DNA of 63,420 bases, the filler included, from Octopus bimaculoides (lineage: Eukaryota): the NCBI RefSeq assembly GCF_001194135.2. It is 5 parts of 5 records of this genome, joined end to end, with 100 filler letters (N's around TTAATTAATTAA, not from the genome) between each part and the next. Parts side by side here need not be neighbours in the genome. Positions count along the whole stretch, not along the records: positions 44,960 to 61,035 come from NC_068981.1; positions 61,136 to 63,420 come from NC_069007.1; 3 more parts are not named here. One strand, 5' to 3'. A program made the position numbers and the translations under genes. Of this stretch, positions 52,001 through 63,420 are shown piece by piece; positions within the stretch are counted from its first letter, which is position 1; each line of letters opens with the position of its first letter. The notes below the pieces were generated by a model. It was not told the origin of the DNA. It was given only the letters and a program-made list of their open reading frames with translations, and did not search any database.

Positions 52001-52864
52001 GTTGTTTAGCCCAGGGCAATTTGATTCAATAGATCTATGGCTAAGACATTCCTGTCTTGGGCATCTTTTCTTTTATTCAAGCAGTGTGTTGAGCGACCAC
52101 CGGTTGATTCTCTGATCCGTTGACTCAATTCATTGATAGTTGTGAATAGAGTTATAGAATCGGTAGACAGTCCATTATTTTCATCCTTCTGCGTTTGGAG
52201 CTCAAAATCTCCAAGAATAAGCACCAGTAATATGCTGGAGTCGGTTCGGCCAGCTATACCCCGTTCCTAGTAAAAAAAAAAAAAGAATTATCTTTTCAAA
52301 CTGTAATTATTTACAAATATATATTTATCTGATTTACAACATGTACTAACAAAGCCGTCTCTGGCAGGCGTGTATAATTTGATAGATTTACACACACTTG
52401 CTAAACATTTCCTGCCTTTGACTCAATAGAACACCAAATATGTGACATAGAGAGGGTTGCACCAGCACTCAGCTGGTACTAGCCCTCAGCTGAGCATATT
52501 GGATGAANNNNNNNNNNNNNNNNNNNNNNNNNNNNNNNNNNNNNNNNNNNNNNNNNNNNNNNNNNNNNNNNNNNNNNNNNNNNNNNNNNNNNNNNNNNNN
52601 NNNNNNNNNNNNNNNNNNNNNNNNNNNNNNNNNNNNNNNNNNNNNNNNNNNNNNNNNNNNNNNNNNNNNNNNNNNNNNNNNNNNNNNNNNNNNNNNNNNN
52701 NNNNNNNNNNNNNNNNNNNNNTTAGCACAACACCCCAGCTATTAGGCCACGCGCCTCTCCTAAATTAAACGCTCTCTGTCTGTCTGTCTGTCTGTCTGTC
52801 TCTGTCTGTCTGTCTCTCTCTTTCTTTCTCTCTCTCTCTCTCTCTTTCTTTCTCTCTCTCACTC

Positions 52865-52910
<46 letters not shown>

Positions 52911-53917
52911 TCATACACACACATATTGATGAATGTGAGCATGCATATGTGTATTTACACCTAATGCATGCATTTTATGAAACGAATTTTGTATGCTTCA
53001 GATAATTTTAACTGAGGAGTATGGGTATGTGAGGATATAGAAACAGTACAAGTAGAGTCATTGACTTTATAGATATATTGTCTTATATTATTATTCACTC
53101 AGTGCTAGTTGGAGTAAGGGGAGACGATAAACTATGTGAGATGAGATTTTTTTTTCTAACATTATTTATGGCTGCTATCTTATCCTCTTAAATTTGAGAT
53201 AATTTGAGATGTATGGAGAAAATCCATATCGAACCACTGTGTGATTAGGATTATTAATAAAATAAACAAAAAAAAAAAACGAAAAAAAAACCCAACTAAA
53301 AAAGAAAAAGAAATCCATGCTTCAAAGTATATCGGGCGCCATGAGATTTCTCACTTTGAGAATGTCGCTAAAACCGCAGAACATTTATGTCGACTGCTTC
53401 CTAACAGGGTCACTAACAATCTAAATAGAAACTAAAATTTCAGTGATATATTTCTGGGAAATAGTTACAAGCTGGATCTGGAGTTTGACGAAAATCCCCT
53501 CAGTTCCGTTAAGTTGCTTCGTAGTTTATTTCGTTTTCTAAAAGCGCTTAACCAGTTTGGTTCGGCAACGACTTCAGACATAGGAGAGCGAAGGTTAATG
53601 CTTGTTTTTTCCACCCCACTTCTAATTCGGTGGCTGATGATACTAATTAAACGGCTTGTAATTAAGAAGGTTAATTGTTCTGTTGCCCATCAAGAATGCT
53701 AAGTGCATATCATTAAGACTGTTTCTATTTAAATATAGTACTGAGAGATCCGATCTAAAATCTGCCCAGAAGCTATATTTGAATGAATAGCTTAACTGAG
53801 CTAGACCGACTTTCAGTGTGGAGAAAATATAATATTCAACATTTAAAATAGTGCACACAGAATAACCTAGAGTTTCTTTTAAGAAGACAAGTCATGTTTA
53901 CTTCCGTTGCAACCAGT

Positions 53918-53920
<3 letters not shown>

Positions 53921-53985
<65 letters not shown>

Positions 53986-54086
53986 TAGTTTTATTTTTAT
54001 AGCGTGCTTTCACTTCACTACCGAGCGCAGCTCTGTGTGCCTAGGGTATGTGCTGTGGTTTGCTGTGATGCTGTGGTTTGCTGTTA

Positions 54087-54131
<45 letters not shown>
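53921..54131 (-). mobile_element. ~100-bp non-repetitive insert (53983-54084) between two (TAA)n arrays; probable non-LTR 3' UTR remnant
   Basis: The flanking (TTA)n arrays are seen directly. The identity of the insert is inferred from its position and tail polarity; it has no ORF. Confidence 0.45.
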
Positions 54132-54132
<1 letters not shown>

Positions 54133-54134
<2 letters not shown>

Positions 54135-54655
54135 TGGTTTGGCTCAGGTTCGGTCTTATTTCCGGTAGGAATTATGTGGATAGCGGGCTACTACCTGTAA
54201 CCTTAGGTATCCACAAGTTTTCAGCAGTATTTCAAGTGCTTAGAACCCTCCTAATAATCCTTGCTGTCCCTAAGAGACAAACTTTTTGTAAGAGTTCTAC
54301 TGGGCATTCTATTTCAATCTCCTTCAGCCATTTGTTGATCTCTAGTCGTTCCTGCGGATTTCTCTTGATTGGTTTATCTGTCGCTGGGCAGATGCTTGAA
54401 AACCTCCTTTTTCATCCCATATTCTCTTCATGAAACCTCTTTTATTTGGCTCACTTCCCAGCCAACATTCTATTATTATTTTGCTTACATCTCTTTTCCC
54501 ATTTCCTTCTTTTTCTTTTGCACTTTGGACTGCGATTTTGGTCCTGATGAATAGCTTGATGACGACCTTCTGGAGCTTGATCAGATACTCCCTGCCTGCC
54601 GTGCGCGACACTTTCACTGTCAACATTTCCAGTCCCGTTAGCAGAGTTGTGGTTA
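54133..54655 (-). mobile_element. Internally deleted R4/Dong-like (RLE-type) non-LTR retrotransposon
   Basis: The N-terminal block IIIECWLGSEPNKRGFMKRIWDEKGGFQASAQRQINQSREIRRND abuts (junction ~54345) the C-terminal block KWLKEIEIECPVELLQKVCLLGTARIIRRVLST*, followed by a short UTR and (AAT)n tail. Confidence 0.75.
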
Positions 54656-54796
54656 TTATTTAATTTTGACATCGCTCATTTAGAAGTGGCATTTGTAAGG
54701 TTGTGCAATCACCAGTGTATTCATTGTGACACCATCACTAGGTGGGTTGCTAGCAAAGGCTCCGAGAGTCCACACCTGCCCTCGTATACACTGTTT

Positions 54797-54930
54797 CTAG
54801 TGCCAGTACTTATTTCATTGACCCCCAAAAGGATGAAAGGCAAAGTCGACCTCGGCGGAATTTAAACTCAGAACGGGAAGTTAGATGGAAATATCGCTAA
54901 GCATTTCGCCAGGCGCGGTAACGATTCTGC
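54797..54930 (-). mobile_element. SINE family A
   Basis: 'ggatgaaaggcaaagtcgacctcggcggaatttaaactcagaac...gctaagcatttcgcc..aacgattctgcc'. Confidence 0.8.
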
Positions 54931-55770
54931 CATACTATTACTAATATTATCGTACAACATGCCAACACGAGCGTACAAGACGCCAGCAATGCTGTACATC
55001 ACACCAGCATGGACACACGACACACCGATGTTGTTATATAACTCTATAACATACTAAGAGTGGCATAAAAATACATCAATGTCACCTTAAAACAATTACA
55101 TTAGAGCCAATGAAGGAATCTCTGTGTGATTGCTCGCCTATGAGAAATAGTTTTAAATACAGAAAATATTTGATAATATAGACATAGATACACTATCTAC
55201 GAAGAAAAAAAAATTGCATTAGGACACTTTTGAGGAAAGGTCTGCTGCTCAACTTAGGATTAAACGAGGTTAATACTATCATACAATATTCGGATAGCTT
55301 GTAGAGGTTGTCGCATATTGTGAAATGATATCATTGTATACAATTATGTGTGTAATTGGTACGTTATGTAGACATAGATGTGAAGTAGACAATGTGTGAA
55401 GTAGGTGTATGCGGGCATGTGCAAACGTGTGTAGGCGCGTGCATGACTGTTACATATACAATAGAGTCTCATATCAAAATATGAAACAATGCAAGCATAA
55501 AAAAATGCTTACAAAACAAAATCAGTCAATCGATACACACAGACACTCACATACACATACACATACAGACACATACATAGACGCACAGACAGACAGACAG
55601 ACACACACACACACATACACACACACTCGTACATGCATGCACACATAGTGTCTGTAAGTGCATAATATATGTTCGTGTTCATTACAGTTACAGTATAGTG
55701 TGTAATCGTGTGAGTGAACATGAGCACACATCTATACGAACAAGCACATATGCTCACATATATGTGATGA

Positions 55771-55815
<45 letters not shown>

Positions 55816-56052
55816 CATAAATATACAGGGATTAGCATTGAGTTGCTTCTCCAACATACTGAAAATTTAGAAATAGCAGTCANNNNNNNNNNNNNNNNNN
55901 NNNNNNNNNNNNNNNNNNNNNNNNNNNNNNNNNNNNNNNNNNNNNNNNNNNNNNNNNNNNNNNNNNNNNNNNNNNNNNNNNNNNNNNNNNNNNNNNNNNN
56001 NNNNNNNNNNNNNNNNNNNNNNNNNNNNNNNNNNNNNNNNNNNNNNNNNNNN

Positions 56053-56084
<32 letters not shown>

Positions 56085-59000
56085 TGTATGTATACACACA
56101 CATACACATACGCATACACACATACACACACGCATACACACATAACTTATATATTTACACACGCTGCAATATGGCCATTGGGAGCTGCTTTTTTGTTGTC
56201 GTTTTGTATGGAATTCGTGTTGGGCCTACAAATCGATATCTTAATAAAGGAATAAATACAGAAAACTGAAGCAGTTTCTGCGTACATCGTGTGTCCTTTA
56301 CAGTGTTTCAGTGGTAGCTACCGATATGTTAGTTATTGGGACATTGTATCCGGCTAAAACTAGGCAAATTTGAACGCCATGTGGCGTTGAGTATATTATT
56401 CATCTTTTACCTAAATAAAGGTCAGGTTTAAAAAACTATCACACACAAAAGCAGAAACTAAAAAACTAAAGTAAAGCAGCAGCAACAGCAACAACAACAA
56501 CAGCAGCAGCAGCAGCAGCAGCACTATTCGTTACAGCAACAAGAGCAACTGCCGTGGGATTGAGCATGCTCTAATATAACGACTCCGTTGCTGGAAAGTA
56601 CAATTGTATATTTCTTGATTAGTTACAGTGAAATATTTAATTAATGCTTATGCAAGTTAATGAAACAGGAAAGTCGGGTACAATATAAAAAAAGACTATA
56701 TATGTAATAACTAAAAAAAAAAAAACAAAAAAAAACAATAGAAGCACTAATAGTTCCACCGTTGCCACCGCTTCCACTACAAGCAACAGTAACAACTATT
56801 CAGAAACCAGNNNNNNNNNNATAGAAGCACTAATAGTTCCACCGTTGCCACCGCTTCCACTACAAGCAACAGTAACAACTATTCAGAAACCAGAGTTAGT
56901 CATAAAAACCTTTCTGTTTTCAGTCTTTGTTTTCTTTTTTGGTCTTTTTTTTACCCCAATTGTTCTATTGTCATTGTTAATTTTTGATCAACCGGAGAGC
57001 GCCAATCTCCCAACCCCCAAACACTAGTTATCCGTCCTTTTCATTTCGAATTTTAAGCATAATGTTGTGTCTACTATGGAAAAGTCGATTACTTTTACTT
57101 ATGAAGCTACTACAGACGTGCTTCATTCATGTTTTGTGTTCACACTGGAGATCGATGTTTTGGCGAGAGAAATTTAAAGTGGTTTTGTTAGTGAATTCAG
57201 TGAAGTACTGCGAAAGAGTACCAATGGAGCGGAAGTGGAAACTGAGTTGTCAGAGTTGGTAAGATAAATGAAAGAAAGGTGAAATAGGTATTAGTAGAAT
57301 AGAGTGAAAGTGGTGTCAGAATTGATAGAGAAGTTGTGATTGCTGTTGTTGTTGCTATTGTCGTTGTCCTTGATTAACCTTAGATTTGCCCTGAACAAGT
57401 AGACCCATGATCAAAAGTGTACCAGTAGTAACCATTTCGTCTCTTTTTTTTCATGCATCGCAAACTCCTGACTACATTACTGAATGTATTCGGTTCTTTA
57501 AAAGTCGCTAGGGTGTGATCTGAGGATGATTTTGATACTTTTTCTAACGATCACATAAAATCTCATCAGGATCGAGAAATGAAAACAGAATGAAATTGTA
57601 TGTGAGAACTGGTAGAACAGAGACTATCAGGATTGTTAAAAGGTAGTGGGGGTATGTGCCAGAACTAGTATAGAGTCTATATAGAATCTAAGTAGAATCG
57701 CTATCATAATTGGTAGACTGTAGTAAATGTATGTGTCACAATTGGTATGGAATCTGTGTAGAATCTAAATAGAATCGCTATTATAATTGATAGATAATTA
57801 TGAAGATGTGTGTTAGAATATATATACAAAATAGAATTTCCAGTTTTAGCTGATAATCTTAAAATAAACTGCAATAAAACACTCCAGTTGGTTTTATCTC
57901 TGTATATTTCACTCACTATAAAATATCGGCAGTTTTGGAAATGTTATGTTCTTCGATAGTGTTGGGATCCAACAAGTTCTCATCCAACGATTGCGGAAAT
58001 CTATTTTTGCAATCGTTAATTTTCCTTCATGTTGAAATTGAACTTAGAATAATCTGATAACTCTCATTAGTCTCTCCAATTGCTAGTCATTAGTCTCTCC
58101 TTCTATCTTAAAAGATCTCGATTTTATAGTCGAGCCTTTTTAGAATCTCTAAATTCCTTCATTTATGTAAAGAACCCCTCCGAGTGCACACATAAAATAG
58201 GATGTACATTTTTTTAAGGTTTAGTACGAAGATAAAGTGCAGCATACATAACTCTTTCGCAAGATCCGAAACTTGTTCAAATTTCTGCAGCAGAATGAAC
58301 ACCATTAAAGGCAACAGTGTTAAACTAGACGACAGAATAAGCTATATCACCTCCATTTAGGTACCAGTCCATCTGATGGCTTTTCACATTGCTTCTGTGT
58401 AATGAATTTCATCACAGGGATTTGCTACACCAAGGGATTAAACCGAAAAGCACGTTATTACAAAGTAAATTTGGCCTTATAAAAACACATATACATTTTT
58501 TTCGTAATAAATGGTATCCATCAAAGGGTGTTTGGCTCTCACTTTAGGGAAAGTGAAAATAAAAAGTTCTATTCTTTCATAACCCCTTTTTAAACTTATG
58601 AAATTAAGAAATATGATTGAAGCAAAATGCGAAATAACTAAATATGGGATTGGAACCGTTTCCGATAGGTGAACTCTCTGACACTATACTCTCAGTGATC
58701 TACTCATAAATTCTCAATGTCATTTGCAGGCTAGAGACTGTAATTTGATCAAAGTTACAACGAAAAGTTGTTCGCCTGAGGCAGCCATTTGAGATACGCA
58801 GAAATGTCACGTGATACAAAGATATTTGGATGACTTCCATTATGCTTTTCATGAAAGTTAGCCAAATATTTATTCCGAAATTTAAAATATAAGTTCTCAA
58901 ACAGGCTGAGGACCTTAGGCAAGTTGTGTGATCTGTCTCGTTCATAGAGATAGAAAGTTATACAAACACATACATACATACATACATATATCGACACACA

Positions 59001-59387
59001 ATCGTAAACGTATCTGCATAAAGACATACATACGCGCATACAGATGCGCGCACACACACGGACGCACGCACACACACATACTCACATACACACACGCACA
59101 CACAAACGAACATATATGTGATACACTTAGAATGCCTACCGTTTTTATTTCTCCGGTTGAAACTCACACTGATATTCGTGTCAGTTTTTATAAAAATGTT
59201 CATATATGCATCTCTAAGTAAGAAAGTATGCATAAGTATATGCACGTATTAGCAATTGTGCGCTTATAAGTATGTATATGCAATTTATCCATATTTATAT
59301 GTGCAAATGCATGCAATGTATAATGATTTTGACGACTCTCTCTCACTCTCTCGCCCTATAACACACATATATGTATGTGTGTGTATG

Positions 59388-59424
<37 letters not shown>

Positions 59425-59455
59425 GCATGCATATATATATGTACGTATATATGTA

Positions 59456-59500
<45 letters not shown>

Positions 59501-60429
59501 NNNNNNNNNNNNNNNNNNNNNNNNNNNNNNNNNNNNNNNNNNNNNNNNNNNNNNNNNNNNNNNNNNNNNNNNNNNNNNNNNNNNNNNNNNNNNNNNNNNN
59601 NNNNNNNNNNNNNNNNNNNNNNNNNNNNNNNNNNNNNNNNNNNNNNNNNNNNNNNNNNNNNNNNNNNNNNNNNNNNNNNNNNNNNNNNNNNNNNNNNNNN
59701 NNNNNNNNNNNNNNNNNNNNNNNNNNNNNNNNNNNNNNNNNNNNNNNNNNNNNNNNNNNNNNNNNNNNNNNNNNNNNNNNNNNNNNNNNNNNNNNNNNNN
59801 NNNNNNNNNNNNNNNNNNNNNNNNNNNNNNNNNNNNNNNNNNNNNNNNNNNNNNNNNNNNNATATATATATATATATACATGTATACACACATGCAAGTT
59901 TATGCATATAATGCATATGACTAAAAACCTATTTTGCTTGCAGAAACGAGACTGTTTACAACTAAAACATGCTGCTCACGAATTACATGTTTATAGACAT
60001 ACGTTGTTTAATTATAGTTAACTACACATTCATAACATCCATAATGCATGCACACAGGGAACTGGTAATTACTGTGTACATCAAACGTTATTCAAATTAG
60101 TGGGTCAAAGAATTTAATCCTGTTAGATCTTTCTGACCTTCGTTTGTTTTCCTTGACGTTGCTGAAATTGTGACTGGTTTCCCACGAACCTTTCTTGAGG
60201 GACTGTCATGATCTCGGTCACTTATACACCATGGTAACCAGCCCTATGAGTCTCAGGACTTGAGACAGTTCTATGGAATTGGTTTATACGTTATTGACCC
60301 ACAGAGCTAGGTTCAAGTTTTTCAGTACGAAAAATTAACTATTGTACATTAGCCTTCTGGCATATGAATATATTGCATGAATTTTTGTGAAATAAATAAG
60401 GTTTTCCTAAAGCGGCATATTCTGTCCTC

Positions 60430-60548
60430 AGCTAGTATTTATTTTATCGAAATCGAAAGAATGAAAGACAAAGTCGACCTCGGCGACATTTGAACTCAGA
60501 ATTTAAAGACGGACAAAATGCCGCAAAGTATTTTGCCCGGCGCCGCCT
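60430..60548 (-). mobile_element. SINE family A
   Basis: 'gaatgaaagacaaagtcgacctcggcgacatttgaactcagaatttaaagacggac'. Confidence 0.75.
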
Positions 60549-60630
60549 TATACACCCGCCGATATATATATAAAAATAATGGAAAATGGAGACAAACGCT
60601 CAAAATGTTATTTAAATCATTTATATCACC

Positions 60631-60723
60631 ATATTACCGACATATGTTTCGATAGATGCATTAAAATAAGCCCGAGAGGATGAATAATATGGAACAATGC
60701 ATCAATCTTATCAAGGAAAATAT
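60631..60723 (-). ncRNA. Type-I hammerhead ribozyme motif with U3:A8 core variant and long stem II
   Basis: Minus strand reads atattttcc-TTGATAA-gattgatgcatt[33 nt]aatgcatctatc-GAAA-c atat g-TC-ggtaatat. All three helices pair and the cleavage triplet is GUC. Confidence 0.7.
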
Positions 60724-60783
60724 AAACAACAGTGTGCATCAATAAGATCTGTTAAAATGACTTATTGATGCACAGTGTTGTTT

Positions 60784-60876
60784 ATATCCTCCCTGATAAG
60801 ATTGATGCATTGTTCCACATTATTCATCCTCTTAGATTTATTTTAATGCATCTATCGAAACATATGTCGGTGATAT
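60784..60876 (+). ncRNA. Type-I hammerhead ribozyme motif, mirror copy with C3/A8 mismatch
   Basis: atatcctcc-CTGATAA (60793-60799)-gattgatgcatt...aatgcatctatc-GAAA (60857-60860)-c atat g-TC-ggtgatat. Confidence 0.65.
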
Positions 60877-63420
60877 GGTGATTTAAATGACTTAAATAGC
60901 ATCTTGACCGTTTGTCTCCACTTTCCATTATTCTTGTTCTCCAAAATACGTTTCGCTTATTTGACATCTGGCTACCTTGTAATTGTTTCTCTGGATCTTT
61001 CCTATAAATTGAACATTCCTATATATATATATATANNNNNNNNNNNNNNNNNNNNNNNNNNNNNNNNNNNNNNNNNNNNTTAATTAATTAANNNNNNNNN
61101 NNNNNNNNNNNNNNNNNNNNNNNNNNNNNNNNNNNATGTATATATATATATTAAAATAAGTAATAGGATGGCAAGTATTTCAAACGTCTCCATTTAACTG
61201 AACGTTACAAGCATTACAACAATTTAAATACAATGCTATCTTCAGTTGCAAAAATATGGGTTGTCAACAGACAAGATATATTAATATAATTGTTCTCAAA
61301 TAATTCAGCAGCGCTAGAGGTTGAAAGAATTTCATGTTGCCACTATTGTACCAAGAATAAGCTAAAAGAATAACTACAATTTTGGAGTAGTATGGAACAC
61401 AGTGGCGGGGGGTTCTTAGGATGGTAATTCATTTCTAATTCTTTTTATCTACATTCTTATCTAACAAAACACACACACACACATATATGCCTGCCCTTTT
61501 AATTGTTGTTTCTCTTGTCCGCCTTGTATCGTCTATCTCTCCGAACGTTTTATTGTACTCTATTGCGTTTTCGTTCCATTAATATATATATATGTGTGTG
61601 TGTGTGCGTGTGTGTGTGCAAGCACAATGTAAGGGCGCGCATCTTTGATGCAATTCTGAAGTACCATTCATTCTAATGGCTAAAATCGCAAACATTATGT
61701 GAATTTTCACGACGAGATTTTTCATAAACTGGCGTTGCAAGCTAATTTTTTACCGAAGCAATTGTAACAAATCATAAAAGATCCGTTAAAGAATTTCCTT
61801 GTCATATTATTTCGATTATAATTTACTCTTCGCCAAACCAACACAATGGCGCTACCGTCATATAACCAGGACTTTTTCTACACTTTCAGAATTTCGGTAT
61901 AGGCCTGGAATGCGACAGTGTTGATAGACCAAAACTCGGGTTGAGTGCTTCCCTGGAAATGCCCTACACTTTTTACCCTACCAGGACCTAATATATATAT
62001 ATACATATAAAGATATATATATATATATATANNNNNNNNNNNNNNNNNNNNNNNNNNNNNNNNNNNNNNNNNNNNNNNNNNNNNNNNNNNNNNNNNNNNN
62101 NNNNNNNNNNNNNNNNNNNNNNNNNNNNNNNNNNNNNNNNNNNNNNNNNNNNNNNNNNNNNNNNNNNNNNNNNNNNNNNNNNNNNNNNNNNNNNNNNNNN
62201 NNNNNNNNNNNNNNNNNNNNNNNNNNNNNNNNNNNNNNNNNNNNNNNNNNNNNNNNNNNNNNNNNNNNNNNNNNNNNNNNNNNNNNNNNNNNNNNNNNNN
62301 NNNNNNNNNNNNNNNNNNNNNNNNNNNNNNNNNNNNNNNNNNNNNNNNNNNNNNNNNNNNNNNNNNNNNNNNNNNNNNNNNNNNNNNNNNNNNNNNNNNN
62401 ATATATATATATATATATATAAATATAAATCCAGAATATAAGTTTCCATCAGTAGTCACTGGCATAAAGAAGCTAGAATGCATTCAGAGATAGAAAGATG
62501 GCTAAGATACAATTAAAAAAAACAACAAAAAAACATGAAATACCGTTTTATGTACTGTCCTGCTTTACAAAGAATTTTCAAAGAAATTTCAAATCTGCAC
62601 TGTCTATTCTGTAACTCTCCAAGAATTTTGAAAGCAAACTACCAATTTATTCATTTTGACATTTACGAATGAAATTCCTTCCTAGAATTTAGAAGATAAT
62701 AAGATGTGGCAGAATTATAAAACATTTCATTAGTTCTTAAACCTTTTACCGAATTTAATTATTATGTTGCTTAGTTCTTTATCATTCAATATCCAGAGAT
62801 ATTTTGACAACTAAACAGTACTGCAACCCAAAACATTTCTGAAGGCATAATTATGTTAAATGTATCTACTTTAGAATGTATTATCAATATAACCGGAAGA
62901 CAAATATGGTGTGCTATCAAATATGATAATAACCAAAGATATTATCGCATGACATATAAACGCCTTGCTAACGTGTTTGCCAATGTGTGCAGAATGTTCA
63001 GTATGGCTGCAGTAACATTAAGAAATTTGCGGAGACTGTATAAAACCGGTGAGAATATTAATACAGCGGTTTGTAGAGTTTCTGTTAGAAACGTCGTAGC
63101 CTAGTAATGATATGAGGAATACTTTTATATCTGTGATTAAGATAAATGCTTTGTATATTACAGACTGAGTCAAAACTAAAAAGAGGGTTGTACCAAACAA
63201 AATAACTTTTTTTATATATAGATTGATAGATTGATAGGATAAACAAAAAATTTTGTAATTGAAACTAATCTGCTGTACGACGACATATTTACATGCAAAG
63301 AGAAATTGAGCATACAGGTACCAGTATTATAAGCATTGTCCTTTGTTAAATGTCGAGTGAAACTAAGATGCATTATCCGTATATATGTGTGTATGTGTAT
63401 ATATATATATATATATATAT

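Larger units (their letters stand above)
60575..60932. repeat. 358-bp palindrome: two 172-bp arms around a 14-nt loop (60747-60760)
   Basis: Manual alignment of the arms gives 16 mismatches and no indels (~91% identity). Confidence 0.95.

Noticed and set aside
56738-56893. Perfect 73-bp direct repeat (56738-56810 and 56821-56893)
   Set aside because: The copies sit exactly on either side of a 10-N gap, which indicates unmerged overlapping contig ends.
61185-61250. Hairpin containing CTGAAGA on the minus strand
   Set aside because: GAAA is replaced by GTAA and helices I and III cannot be formed; too decayed to call a hammerhead.
1-63420. CRISPR array, operons or other prokaryotic systems
   Set aside because: There are no constant repeats with unique equal-length spacers and no dense ORFs; the sequence is plainly eukaryotic and intron- or intergenic-like.

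Overview
AT-rich, microsatellite-dense eukaryotic scaffold with many N-gaps. The SINE/LINE repertoire and repeat density suggest a cephalopod, probably Octopus (inference from pattern recognition, no search run). Almost all supplied ORFs are artefacts of simple repeats or N-runs. One convincing coding exon is present (38762-40107, +, AG/GT-bounded, about 448 codons). It encodes two LOTUS/OST-HTH-like domains followed by a region matching the N-terminal block of the plant NO VEIN protein; the rest of the gene was not found. The remainder is a mosaic of three tRNA-derived SINE families, RTE-type LINE pieces, a Penelope-like (GIY-YIG) remnant, a Tc1 remnant, a DD37D (maT-type) remnant, and an internally deleted R4/Dong-like element lying in (TAA)n repeats. 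Several orphan type-I hammerhead-ribozyme-like motifs also occur. Two long fold-back palindromes (1951-2679 and 60575-60932) carry one motif in each arm, and one arm has a compensatory U3:A8 core. The main leads are the LOTUS-NO VEIN fusion, the palindromic double-hammerhead elements, and near-identical inverted LINE tails flanking the exon.
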